Shown here piece by piece: positions 39,664 through 50,600 of a stretch of 64,000 nucleotides of DNA. The position numbers were made by a program, and so were the translations under genes. Positions within the stretch are counted from its first letter, which is position 1. Every line of letters starts with the position of its first letter. Origin of the DNA: Candidatus Omnitrophota bacterium (GTDB lineage: Bacteria > Omnitrophota > Gorgyraeia > Gorgyraeales > Gorgyraeaceae); NCBI GenBank assembly GCA_030649895.1, contig JAUSEX010000031.1:2620-66619 (forward strand), in the 5' to 3' direction. Under the pieces are notes generated by a model. The model did not search any database. It saw only the letters and a program-made list of their open reading frames with translations, and had not been told where the DNA came from.

Positions 39664-41511
39664 ATGGCTGTATATATTTTGGGAATCTCGTGTTTCTACC
39701 ATGATGCCGCAGCTGCGCTGATAAAAGACGGAGAGATTATAGCTGCGGCGCAGGAAGAGCGTTTTACGCGCAAGAAGCACGATTTTAATTTTCCGGAAAA
39801 CGCTATCAAGTATTGTCTGAGCGAAGCGTGTATAGAAACCAGGGATTTATCTTTCGTAGCCTTTTATGATAAACCTCTCTTAAAATTTGAAAGGATACTG
39901 CTGACATATTTTTCTTATGCCCCTATAGGTTTCAGGTCTTTTAATAAAGCAATACCTTTGTGGCTCAGGGACAGGCTGTGGATGTCCAGCCTTATTTCAG
40001 AAAATCTGAATTATCAGGGCAAGATTCTTTTTACAGAGCACCACGAATCGCATGCTTCATCCGCATTTTACCCATCGCCTTTTAAAGAAGCGGCTATTCT
40101 CACGATGGATGGCGTAGGAGAATGGGCCACTACAAGTTTTGGCGTAGGCAAGGACAATGATTTTGAATTATTGTATGAAATAAGATTTCCGCATTCTTTA
40201 GGGCTTTTATATTCCGCTTTTACTTATTACACAGGCTTTAAAGTCAATTCAGCTGAATATAAGGTCATGGGCCTTGCGCCTTATGGAGAGCCAAAATACG
40301 CAAATCTAATCTTAAAAGAACTTATAGATTTAAAAGAAGACGGTTCTTTTAAGCTTAATATGAAATATTTCAACTATTGCGCCGGTCTTACAATGACAAA
40401 TAAAAACTTTGACAAGCTGTTCAAACGGCCGCCCAGAAAACCTGAGACAAAAATTACGCAACTTGATATGGATCTTGCAAGGTCAGTCCAGGCTGTAACA
40501 GAAGAGGCTATGCTTAGAACCTGTAGGCATATTCATAAGTTAACCGGCCAGAAAAATCTTTGCCTTGCAGGGGGCGTTGCTTTGAACTGCGTTGCGAACG
40601 GAAAGATTTTAAAGGAAGGGCCTTTTGAGAATATCTGGATCCAGCCTTCAGCCGGAGACGCGGGAGGGGCGCTGGGGGCGGCGTTACGAATCTGGTATAA
40701 ATATTTAGGAAACAAGCGGAGCGCTGATGATATCCATGATTCACAGAAAGGCTCTTATCTCGGGCCTGAATATCAGGATAGTTATATAGAAAACTATCTG
40801 AAAACCAACAATATAGCATATTCTAAGTTAGGCAGACAGGAATTATCAAAAACTATAGCCGGTTATATTAGCAATGAAAAGGTTATAGGATGGTTTCAGG
40901 GAAGGATGGAATTCGGGCCCAGGGCCCTTGGGGCGCGCAGCATAATAGGAGACGCCAGATCGCCTGTCATGCAATCAAGGATGAATCTTAAGATAAAATT
41001 CAGGGAATCGTTCAGGCCGTTCGCTCCCAGCGTCCTGGCTGAAAAGGCAAAAGATTATTTTAATATAGACTGTGAAAGCCCGTATATGCTATTGGTAGCT
41101 GAAGTAGAAAAATCCCATATTTGCTTTCCGATCGCCGATCGGAAAACCATATCCGATCGGCGATCGGAAAAAGAGTTAGAAGGCTTTGACAGGTTGAAAA
41201 TTATACGATCTGATATACCGGCGGTGACTCACATAGACAATTCAGCCAGGCTACAGACGGTGTCGGAAGACACGCCTAATAAAGCTTATTACGAGCTTAT
41301 CATGGAATTATATAAAAATATCGGTTGCCCTGTGATAATAAACACATCTTTTAATGTAAGAGGGGAGCCTATAGTAGCCAGCCCCCAGGACGCTTACAGG
41401 TGTTTTATGCGGACTGAAATGGATTATCTGGTGATAGGGAGCTTTGTGATTGATAGAAAACAGCAGCCAAAAAAAGACCTGGAAGACAGGCAATATTTTG
41501 AATTGGATTGA
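39664..41511 (+). CDS. O-carbamoyltransferase (NodU/CmcH/SxtI family)
   Basis: ILGISCFYHDAAA, AQEERFTRKKH, EHHESHA, DGVGE, AGGVALNC, EFGPRALG, NTSFN. Confidence 0.95.
   Translation: MAVYILGISCFYHDAAAALIKDGEIIAAAQEERFTRKKHDFNFPENAIKYCLSEACIETRDLSFVAFYDKPLLKFERILLTYFSYAPIGFRSFNKAIPLWLRDRLWMSSLISENLNYQGKILFTEHHESHASSAFYPSPFKEAAILTMDGVGEWATTSFGVGKDNDFELLYEIRFPHSLGLLYSAFTYYTGFKVNSAEYKVMGLAPYGEPKYANLILKELIDLKEDGSFKLNMKYFNYCAGLTMTNKNFDKLFKRPPRKPETKITQLDMDLARSVQAVTEEAMLRTCRHIHKLTGQKNLCLAGGVALNCVANGKILKEGPFENIWIQPSAGDAGGALGAALRIWYKYLGNKRSADDIHDSQKGSYLGPEYQDSYIENYLKTNNIAYSKLGRQELSKTIAGYISNEKVIGWFQGRMEFGPRALGARSIIGDARSPVMQSRMNLKIKFRESFRPFAPSVLAEKAKDYFNIDCESPYMLLVAEVEKSHICFPIADRKTISDRRSEKELEGFDRLKIIRSDIPAVTHIDNSARLQTVSEDTPNKAYYELIMELYKNIGCPVIINTSFNVRGEPIVASPQDAYRCFMRTEMDYLVIGSFVIDRKQQPKKDLEDRQYFELD
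41125..41170. repeat. Perfect 19 bp inverted repeat within carbamoyltransferase ORF
   Basis: TTTCCGATCGCCGATCGGA-8 nt-TCCGATCGGCGATCGGAAA. Confidence 0.85.
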
Positions 41512-41543
41512 TATCGCGGAACTTATACGGAAGAGATGAATGT

Positions 41544-41963
41544 ATGAAAAATAATATTGTTCGAGCGAGGCCCGAAGAGCAGAGTCGAGAACTGCGGAAA
41601 TTCGGGTTTAATATAGGTTTAGGTTTGAATATACTCGGATGCATAATGTTTTACAGGCGCAGGGAACATTTTATATGGCTTGCTGCTATCGGGTCCGCTG
41701 CCCTGGTTTCAGCTGTTTTATATCCGAAGGCCTTAAAGCCGCTAAAGAAGTTTTTAGACAAGCTGATTTTTATTATTGGCTGGCTCATGAGCGCGATAAG
41801 CATGTCGATAGTTTTTTATCTAATATTCACGCCAATAGCAATCTTGCTTAGAATTATTGGAAAAGACCTGCTTAATGAAAAAATGGATAAAAAAGCCGCT
41901 TCTTATTGGATCAAGAGAAAGGCAAGTATTTTTTCAGAAAAATCTTATGAACAGATGGGCTGA
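41544..41963 (+). CDS. SxtJ family membrane protein
   Basis: LRKFG, FYLIFTPI...GKD.L, SYWIKR...YEQM; follows carbamoyltransferase. Confidence 0.85.
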   Translation: MKNNIVRARPEEQSRELRKFGFNIGLGLNILGCIMFYRRREHFIWLAAIGSAALVSAVLYPKALKPLKKFLDKLIFIIGWLMSAISMSIVFYLIFTPIAILLRIIGKDLLNEKMDKKAASYWIKRKASIFSEKSYEQMG

Positions 41964-41977
41964 AGATAGGATGGAGA

Positions 41978-42760
41978 ATGAACTTAATAGTCAGATTTAA
42001 AAAAATAATAGCTGAAAGACAGATTATCAGGGGCATGGTAATAAAAAATTTAAAGAGCAAATATATCGGCTCTATATCAGGGATCTTGTGGGCTGTTATA
42101 AATCCTTTGTTGATTATGCTGGTGATCACCTTTGTTTTTAGCCAGATAATGAAGACAGATATAAAGCATTTTCCATTATTGGTGTTAAGCGCGCTTTTAC
42201 CTTGGAATTTTTTTAATAATTCTATAAATGAATCCGCAGCTTCGATCAGCAGCAATGTCGATGTGTTAAGGCAATTTGTGATGCTTAAAGAGACTATCCC
42301 TATAGCTACGGTAATAACTAATCTTATAACTTTTTTATTTGGTTTTATAATTGTCCTGCCGGTTTTTATTATGTTTAATACAGGCATTGTAAATTATCTT
42401 ATCTTGCTGCCTTTTGTAGTGGTGCTACATTTTATTTTTACATTAGGGATCTCCATGCTTCTTAGTATAATAAATGTTTATTTTAAAGACTTGCCTCAGT
42501 TATTGAATATTTTTTTAATGTTACTATTTTGGCTTACGCCTGTATTTTATTCCATAGATATGATACCTCAAAAATACCACTGGCTTATTATTGCCAATCC
42601 GAGCGCATGTTATATTATTATTTACAGGGCGCTATTATATCAGGGTTTTAGCGGCGGCATATCTATATGGTTACTTGCGATTGGATTTGCTTTGATCAGC
42701 ATAATAAGCGGGTATTTTTTATTTATGAAAAAAGAATCGGAAATCTTGAAATACGCGTAG
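41978..42760 (+). CDS. wzm: ABC-2 polysaccharide exporter permease Wzm
   Basis: LKSKY.GS..GILW..INPL, LLPWNFF, NVYFKD, FWLTPVFY, NP. Confidence 0.92.
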   Translation: MNLIVRFKKIIAERQIIRGMVIKNLKSKYIGSISGILWAVINPLLIMLVITFVFSQIMKTDIKHFPLLVLSALLPWNFFNNSINESAASISSNVDVLRQFVMLKETIPIATVITNLITFLFGFIIVLPVFIMFNTGIVNYLILLPFVVVLHFIFTLGISMLLSIINVYFKDLPQLLNIFLMLLFWLTPVFYSIDMIPQKYHWLIIANPSACYIIIYRALLYQGFSGGISIWLLAIGFALISIISGYFLFMKKESEILKYA

Positions 42761-42783
42761 ATAAAAACGATGGATTGAATATC

Positions 42784-45597
42784 ATGAGCATGATATCTTT
42801 AAAAGATGTTGGTTTAAAATATAAGGTAGAGTTTAAAGAAAACGGCAGGATTACAACCGAGGATTTTTTGGCGCTTAAGGATATAAATATAGAGATAGAA
42901 AAAGGGGAAATCGTAGGGATCATAGGTGAAAATGGGGCTGGGAAAACCACGTTACTTAAAATAATAGCCAGGATGCTGGCGCCTGATAAGGGTACAGTTG
43001 ATGTAAATGGCAAAGTCTCTATGCTTATGGAAATAGGGTCTGGTTTTCACAGGGAGCTTACAGGCAGAGAGAATATATATACTATTTCTTCATTATTTGG
43101 CTTTTCAAAAGCGGAGATAGAGGCGAAATATGGTGATATAGTGAAGTTTGCAGCTATAGGCAGGTTTATAAATGCGCCGGTAAAGATTTATTCTCAAGGC
43201 ATGTATATGCGCCTGGCTTTTGCTATAGCGATACATGTGAACCCCGATATCTTGCTGGTGGATGATATATTTGCGGTCGGAGATGTTTATGCGCAGCGTA
43301 AATGTATCAATAAAATGTTTGAACTTAAAGAGCAGGGCAAGACTATTATTTTTGTTAACCAGGATATAGAAATACTAAAAAGATTCTGCACAAAGGGTAT
43401 ATTCTTAAGGGAAGGCAGCGTTGTTAAGGAAGGACCTATAGATAAAATATGCGATTACTATATGGAATCAGTGGGTGAAAAAAAAGGAATTGCTATTTTG
43501 GAAAAAGGTTTATTAGGCGTAGTTTTTAATAATGGCAGACTTATTCTAAGGTGGAAGAACAACGCTATTACATGTGGTTTTGGCGGATATACTATGGTTT
43601 TAACTTCAGGCCGTCAATATCTGTCAAATACTGCTGACTGGGAAGTCCAAAAGTCTAAGACAGGCGATGAAATCATAGCCATAGGTAAATGGCCTGATAC
43701 CCCGCTTATTCAATGCTGGAAAATAGTTTTCTTAAGTGAGAGAGAATTTTCATGGGAAATAACGATGCAAATGTTTGAAAATATTGCTATAGAGAAATTT
43801 TCTGCAGATATTATATTTATAGAGGGATATAAAAAGTGGTTTACTTTGGACAGTGAAACTAGTTTCCCGGAGGCTTTTGTTCACGATGCAGAATGGGAAT
43901 ACAATCTAGTCAGTGATTCTGCCAATAAGCTAATCGGCTTAAAAGGCAATAATCAAATATCAGGCTTTTTACCCGTGGTAATTTTAGACAGGTCTAATGA
44001 TAATATGGAAATAAAATGTGAAGTTTGTAATACAGGCGCCGATATAGGAGGCAGGGCAGTCCGATATCAGTCTCTTTGTCAGAAGCCGGGATTTGATTAT
44101 ATCCAGGATAAATACAGGTGTTTCCTTAGCACGGTAAGAATATTTGAATCTGAAGAAGGCGAGGGTTTAAAAAATTATATTAGTTGTACAAAACAAATAA
44201 TAAGTGAATCCTACATTATACGCAAAGGCTTAATAAGCCTTTTTTGCAAGGATCATAAGGTTGAAATTTATTATCGAGATAAATTACTTACGAGCGGAAT
44301 AGGTTTAAATGTGAGATTTAAATGCCAAGATAAAAATTACAGCCCTCTTGATGGGCAATGGGTTATGCACAAAAAAAATAATGAAGAAATAGCAATAACT
44401 ATTTCTTGGGGCGGGAAATCGCCACTTATTCAAACATGGAAGCTGAAATTGCAGGATGATAATGTTGTAGCATGGGAAATAGAGATGGAGATTAATGAAA
44501 AGACAGTGATAAGAAATAAGGAAGTAGAGCTGACACTTAATGAAGAATATGAGAAATGGATAACTGAGAATGAAAGAGGAGATTTTAAAAAAGCAGAGAA
44601 ACAAGGCAGCACAGTGCTTTTAAATAAATATATAAATGAACATATCGGCGTAGAGGGCATATCTAAAGTGGATGGGTTAGTTTTGCCTGGTGTAATATTT
44701 AATTATAAAGACGCGGCCCCCAAGGTTTCTTACATTTCTAAAATAAAAGAAGGGATAATGGCTACAAAATTACGGTATACGGAAATAGACTGTAAGGATA
44801 ATTTTTATATTCCATCAGGAAGGTATGAATATTTTAAAGGCGAGATAAAAGTGATAGCTGATCAAGAAAAAAGCCAGGATTTGATAAATAAAAAATCGGC
44901 TATTGGTAAGAAGGAATCATTAAACAGAATAGAACTTGGCAGCGTGTCGTTAGTTTTTGATAACGGAAGAGGCAGGATTTTTTGGAACGGTACAGAATTG
45001 ACAAAAGGATTAGGGCTGTACGCGTCTATTTTTTTTAAAGACGTATGGCATGATTCCTCTCAGGCTTTTTGGGAGGTTAAAAAGTTAGACCAAAAAAGAT
45101 TATCGGCTGTTGGTTATTGGCCTTGGCTGCCACTGATACAGACTTGGAAGATTTGTTTAGAGGATGAAAATACTGTTGTGTGGGATATAAAAAAAGAAAT
45201 TTGGGATGATGTTATTTTAAAAAGAGAACAGGTAAATCTTATGCTTTCGGATAACTATAAGGCATGGTCTGCTCATAAACGAATTCATGGAAAGTTTCCC
45301 AGTACATTTAGCAAGCATAGTGGTATTTTTTGGGATAGACTGTGGTGTGGGGATACTACCTCTCCTATTAGAGTTGAAAAGCAGAGGATTGGAAATAGGA
45401 TTTTAGGTGGGCAGCTTTTACCAGCTGTTGCTCTTGATTGTTCAATAGATTGTCCTGCCCGCTATTTCATTATTGAAAATACGGATGATTTATTTGAAGC
45501 CCGGGTTCTACAGTGTGAATTTGATTCGAATCAGAAATGCGGCGTTAATAAAGATAGAGATAAATATTTTGAAGGGCGAATCAAGGTAAATATTTAA
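42784..45597 (+). CDS. wzt: Wzt-type ABC ATPase with three tandem C-terminal beta-rich domains
   Basis: GENGAGKTT, GF..ELTGREN, PVKIYSQGM..RLAF, AVGD..Q.KC; ~700 aa extension. Confidence 0.88.
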   Translation: MSMISLKDVGLKYKVEFKENGRITTEDFLALKDINIEIEKGEIVGIIGENGAGKTTLLKIIARMLAPDKGTVDVNGKVSMLMEIGSGFHRELTGRENIYTISSLFGFSKAEIEAKYGDIVKFAAIGRFINAPVKIYSQGMYMRLAFAIAIHVNPDILLVDDIFAVGDVYAQRKCINKMFELKEQGKTIIFVNQDIEILKRFCTKGIFLREGSVVKEGPIDKICDYYMESVGEKKGIAILEKGLLGVVFNNGRLILRWKNNAITCGFGGYTMVLTSGRQYLSNTADWEVQKSKTGDEIIAIGKWPDTPLIQCWKIVFLSEREFSWEITMQMFENIAIEKFSADIIFIEGYKKWFTLDSETSFPEAFVHDAEWEYNLVSDSANKLIGLKGNNQISGFLPVVILDRSNDNMEIKCEVCNTGADIGGRAVRYQSLCQKPGFDYIQDKYRCFLSTVRIFESEEGEGLKNYISCTKQIISESYIIRKGLISLFCKDHKVEIYYRDKLLTSGIGLNVRFKCQDKNYSPLDGQWVMHKKNNEEIAITISWGGKSPLIQTWKLKLQDDNVVAWEIEMEINEKTVIRNKEVELTLNEEYEKWITENERGDFKKAEKQGSTVLLNKYINEHIGVEGISKVDGLVLPGVIFNYKDAAPKVSYISKIKEGIMATKLRYTEIDCKDNFYIPSGRYEYFKGEIKVIADQEKSQDLINKKSAIGKKESLNRIELGSVSLVFDNGRGRIFWNGTELTKGLGLYASIFFKDVWHDSSQAFWEVKKLDQKRLSAVGYWPWLPLIQTWKICLEDENTVVWDIKKEIWDDVILKREQVNLMLSDNYKAWSAHKRIHGKFPSTFSKHSGIFWDRLWCGDTTSPIRVEKQRIGNRILGGQLLPAVALDCSIDCPARYFIIENTDDLFEARVLQCEFDSNQKCGVNKDRDKYFEGRIKVNI

Positions 45598-45621
45598 GAT
45601 TTATTTTATTAGATAGATAAA

Positions 45622-46656
45622 ATGGACATTAGCACGCAAAATATCAATGCAAATTTTAAAAGAAACGGATCAAATTCTATTTTTCCGAATTATTGCTGTT
45701 TTGTAATTACGCTTAAGTGTATAATGAAATGTAAAATGTGTCACATTTGGAGAGATAGTGGAAACATCTTAAACGAACTGACAATTCAAGAATGGAAAGA
45801 TGTTGTAAATTCTCTCAAGGGTTTTTTGGATACGAAATATGATATTATATTATCCGGCGGAGAGCCGCTTTTAAAGAAAGATATACTAGGTCTGGTAAGT
45901 TATATTGCAAAATCAGGGTACAGGGCATCTCTTGAAACAAACTCTTATCTTGTTGATGAAGAACTGGCCAGGGCAATCCAGGATTCAGGGTTGTGGAGAA
46001 TTTGTATTTCATTGGATAGCTTGGCTGAGGATACGCATGATTCATTAAGAGGAAGAAAAGGTTCGTATGGAAGGGTAATGAGAGGGATTGAATATTTAAA
46101 TAAGTTTTGTCCATCGGTCGGTATAAATATACAAACTACTATTATGGAGCAAAATTTAGATGAGCTTGCTAAGCTTGCTGAATGGGTAGCTAGTGATGAA
46201 CGATTAGATTATGTTTATTTCCAGGCAATAGTCCGTCCTTTTGGCACGCCTATGGATGAAAATTGGTTTAAAGGCGATCATTATGGGTTTTTATGGCCTA
46301 GCCATACAGATAAAGTAAATCTGGCTATAGAAGAGCTGATAAGAATTAAAGAAAATAATCCTAAAATTGCCAATACAGTTGCTCAGTTTAAGGCGTATAA
46401 GGCATATTTTAAAGACCCGGTTAACTTCGGTAATAACATAAAATGCACGATAGGTAACCGCGATATTAATATAAATCCATGCGGCGATGCATACCTTTGT
46501 TTTTCAAAAGATTCCATAGGCAATATAAAAAATAGAAGCATAGAAGAAATATGGTATTCAGAAAAGGCTGACAAGGTAAGAAATGAGATCATTGGCTGTA
46601 AAAAACATTGCCATTTTTTACTCAATTGTTCTTTTGAAAAGGGAGACTATTTTTAG
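45622..46656 (+). CDS. Radical SAM/SPASM(twitch) protein, paralog 1
   Basis: CIMKCKMC, GGEP, HDSLRG, C-terminal CKKHCHFLLNC. Confidence 0.92.
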   Translation: MDISTQNINANFKRNGSNSIFPNYCCFVITLKCIMKCKMCHIWRDSGNILNELTIQEWKDVVNSLKGFLDTKYDIILSGGEPLLKKDILGLVSYIAKSGYRASLETNSYLVDEELARAIQDSGLWRICISLDSLAEDTHDSLRGRKGSYGRVMRGIEYLNKFCPSVGINIQTTIMEQNLDELAKLAEWVASDERLDYVYFQAIVRPFGTPMDENWFKGDHYGFLWPSHTDKVNLAIEELIRIKENNPKIANTVAQFKAYKAYFKDPVNFGNNIKCTIGNRDININPCGDAYLCFSKDSIGNIKNRSIEEIWYSEKADKVRNEIIGCKKHCHFLLNCSFEKGDYF

Positions 46657-46679
46657 TAGATTTTTATCTAAAAATTATT

Positions 46680-47696
46680 ATGCAAGATAAGCCATTTAAT
46701 TTTTTAAAATCTCAAAGCAGCCTTTTAGATATACGAAAACCGGCATTTTGCTGTATAGGTATTTCTACAGGGTGCATTTTGAAATGCAAGATGTGTTCAG
46801 TGTGGAAAACCAAATATGTTGCTATGCCACAAGAACCTACTATGGATGAATGGTTTCGTTTTATCGAGCTTGCTGCCGGCTTAACGGAAAATTCTATCGA
46901 GATAAACGTTTCCGGAGGAGAGCCTTTATTAGATGAAAGAAATTTAGCGTTAGTTAAATTTAGCGCCAAAAAAGGACTTTCAACTTCTATGCCTACCAAC
47001 GGTTTTCTCATAGACAAAGAGATGGCTTATAAAATAGCAGATAGCGGACTAAGCGCGATAGGCATATCTTTGGATGGTATCAAAAAAGATACGCATGATT
47101 TTTTAAGAGGCGTAGAGGGATGCCATGACAAAGCAATGCAGGCGATTGACTATCTTGATAGATGCTGCGGAAATATAGGAATAGGAATTTTGACAACTAT
47201 ATCAGAGAAGAATATCGATGAAATTATTGAGCTAACCAGGTGGGCTAATGAAGACAATAGAATCGAAACTATTATTTTTCAGGCGGTAACTCAGCCATTT
47301 AATACTCCTTTTGACGATGAATGGCATGATAAAAGCGAATATAGTTTTCTCTGGCCGAAAGACATCAGAAAGACCCATGTCTTATTAGACGAGATAATAA
47401 AACTAAAAAAAATGGCGTATAAGATATCCAACACAGTTTCTCAATTGGAAACTTTTAAGAAGTATTTTGAAAACCCCTTGGGATTTATTAAAAAAGATGC
47501 GTGTAATGTGGATTTTTATATGAATATAAATCAATTTGGAGATGTATATATGTGTCCAAGAAAAAAAGCTGTAGGGAATATAAGAAAATGCACTCCAAAA
47601 GATATGTGGTATTCAGAAGGCGCAAATCAAATGAGAGAAGAAATAAAAAGCTGCAGAGTAAATTGTCATCATGTATTAAATTGTTGTTATGAATGA
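46680..47696 (+). CDS. Radical SAM/SPASM protein, paralog 2
   Basis: CILKCKMC, GGEP, HDFLRG, CRVNCHHVLNC. Confidence 0.92.
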   Translation: MQDKPFNFLKSQSSLLDIRKPAFCCIGISTGCILKCKMCSVWKTKYVAMPQEPTMDEWFRFIELAAGLTENSIEINVSGGEPLLDERNLALVKFSAKKGLSTSMPTNGFLIDKEMAYKIADSGLSAIGISLDGIKKDTHDFLRGVEGCHDKAMQAIDYLDRCCGNIGIGILTTISEKNIDEIIELTRWANEDNRIETIIFQAVTQPFNTPFDDEWHDKSEYSFLWPKDIRKTHVLLDEIIKLKKMAYKISNTVSQLETFKKYFENPLGFIKKDACNVDFYMNINQFGDVYMCPRKKAVGNIRKCTPKDMWYSEGANQMREEIKSCRVNCHHVLNCCYE

Positions 47697-50600
47697 GGAT
47701 GGTGGTTATCGTATGAACAGCTGGACAGCAAAATTTAAGAATAAAATATATGCGTTCGAAAAGATATTCAAGCAAAAAAGGACAAGCTTTCGCACGATAT
47801 ATAATGGTACCTTAAGGCTCTTTCTGGATGAAAATAATAGGCTTAGGATATATTATAAAGACAATGAGCTTACAAAAGTCTCCGGTTTGAATACTAACAT
47901 ATTATCCGAAGCTAATTGGCATAGTTCGCTTGACTCTATAGTTAATAATATAGAAAAACTATCTTCTGAAGAGATGATTATCCATTTGAAGCATAGTCAG
48001 CTTCCTCTTGTGCAAGCTTGGCATCTGAAATGCAACTCAGAAGATACGCTTAGCTGGGAAGTAAATATGCATATAAAAAAACCGTTACGTATAGATTGTA
48101 TGAAAGCATCCTTGTTCTTATCCAAAGCTTATGAGGATTGGATAATTCCTGCCAAACAAGATACATTTCCTCCTTTTTCTGATTTTCAATGGAAAAGTAT
48201 GAATTCTTTTGAAGATAAAGCCGGCTTCATAGGCCTTGCTTCTTCCTTAGAAGAATTTCCTGGCATGTCTCTTAAAAGTTCTGATAACTCAAAAGCTTCA
48301 TTAATAATCCAAAATACCGATATAAATCTTTCTTCCCGTGTTCTTGAAATTCAATGCGAAGATAAAAAAGAATTCTACCAGCCCGGCACCTACTCTTTTC
48401 TTAAGGCCACAATACAGTTTTATCCTGATAAGAATGTTTTAAAAAATATTCTCAAAGAAATAAAGGAGCAGGAACAAAAGAAGCAGGACGAGCTAATGCT
48501 TCAAGAAGAAGAGCGCCTCAAAAAAGCCAAAGAGGAAGACCATAAGCTCCGCACCCTTCAAAGCGGCCCCTTTAGGCTCCATATAGACCAGCATAACAGG
48601 TTTCACCTCTATTATAAAGAACAAGAGCTTACCAAAGGAGTTGGTATTAATATGGGAATACTCTCTGAAGGTAATTGGTATGCTGCCTGTGATTCCAGAA
48701 TTGAAATAAAAAGGCCGTCTTCTAATAAGATGCTTGTACAGTTTATTTACAATAAGCTTCCTGTTATTTGCTCATGGCAGATAGATTTTAAGCCGGAAGG
48801 CGTGTTTACCTGGGTCATTGATATATCTTTTAAAGAATCTCTACGCATAGATCGAAGCAATGTTTCTTTATTCTTATCCAAATCTTACGATAATTGGATT
48901 GCTCCTCCTGAAGAAGGGAGTTTCAGCTCTTCATTCGGCCCAGGGTGGCAAAGGATGAATACTCACAAAGACAATGCTGAATTTACCGGATTATATTCTT
49001 CTTCAGAAGAATTTCCGGATGTGATTTGTAAAAGCTCAAAGGATTCAAAAGCTTCATTAATAATCCAAAATACCGATATAAATCTTTCTTCCCGTGTTCT
49101 TGAAATTCAATGCGAAGATAAAAAAGAATTCTACCAGCCCGGCACCTACCCTTTTCTTAAGGCCACAATACAGTTTTATCCTGATAAGAATGTTTTAAAA
49201 AATATTCTCAAAGAAATAAAGGAGCAGGAACGAAAGAAGCAGGAACAGGAACAAAAACGGCTTCAAGAATTAGAAAGGCTTAGACAGGAAGAAGAAAGGC
49301 TTAAGCAGGAACAGGAACAGAAGAAACAGGAAGAAAATCACAAACAGAATGAATTTAAAAAAATATACATGTTATTAAAAGAAGACGAAAAAGATTTTCC
49401 ATTAATCGAGGATAATGATGTGTATGTATATGGAGACTGCGAAGACTTGCATGACAAAATTGCTTCTCAACAAGGAAATTTTAATAATCTCATTTCAAGA
49501 ATAGAGACAGCCAAAAAAAAAGGTTTAAAGGTTAATATAAAAATAGGCGTATCGAAATTTAATTTTTTTAAGCTAGACACTATTATTCAATTTTATTCTA
49601 GATTGCTAAATAGCCGCATAGACCTGCGTTCTGTTTCTTTGAATTTTTTACCCGCAAAGAATATTTTTTATTATTTCGCCGAGTATATAAAACAATTAAA
49701 TATGCAGCTCGAATCGAGTAATATAGGGCTTTTCTTAAGAGACAAAGAGTTGCCCGGCCTTCTTTGGGCTATTTCTAGCCAAGCAGATCAATATAATGAG
49801 AAAGATTTATTGCGATTATTGGGAGTTATAACGGAGCACGCCTTTATTGGACCTCAAACTATCGTTCTAGATATTAATCATAGCTGTAATACTAATTGTA
49901 TACATTGTTGGATCCATACGCCAAAGCGTAAGGCCTCTCTACAGCTTAGTAATTTAAAGATGGACATCTCTTTATATAAAAATATTATTGATGATGCGGC
50001 AAATCTTTTATGTGACGAGATTATCATACAGGGAGATGGCGAGCCTCTTCTAGACGATAGATTTTTAGAAATGACCTGTTATGCGCGGGATAAGGGATTA
50101 AAAGTTTTATTTTTTACGAATGGCATACTTTTGGATAAAGAAAAAGCCGGTAGAATAATAGACTTGGAAGTAAACGAGATATTCTGCAGCCTTCCTGCAG
50201 GAACAGATAAGACTTATGCCTTGGTTAATCCGGGGCATTCAAAGGATACCTTTCATCATATAGCAGCGAATTTAAAAAATTTAAGCTTGATGAGAAAAAA
50301 ATCAGGAAAAAACAAACCATTATTACAAATGTCCCATGTTATCCATAACCTGAATTATCATGAGTTAGAAGAAATGGCTGAATTGGACGCTTATATAGGA
50401 GCGGATAAAACAAGATTTTATCTTGCCCGCTTAGATGAGAATATAGATTTTTTAAAATTAAGCCCTAGACATATTAAGATAATAAAAGAATCCCTAAAAA
50501 AGACAGCGCCCTATTTAAAAAGCAAGCACGTAGAATTACAAGACAATATATATTTTCAGCTAGAAAACTATAACTCTACAACAGGTTATTGGTCTAAAAA

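Noticed and set aside
39664-41963. Saxitoxin cluster (SxtI/SxtJ homologs)
   Set aside because: No sxtA, sxtG or other core genes; context is polysaccharide export.
48289-49244. Diversity-generating retroelement TR/VR pair
   Set aside because: Only two mismatches, not adenine-specific on one strand, both copies in one ORF, and no reverse transcriptase in the window.
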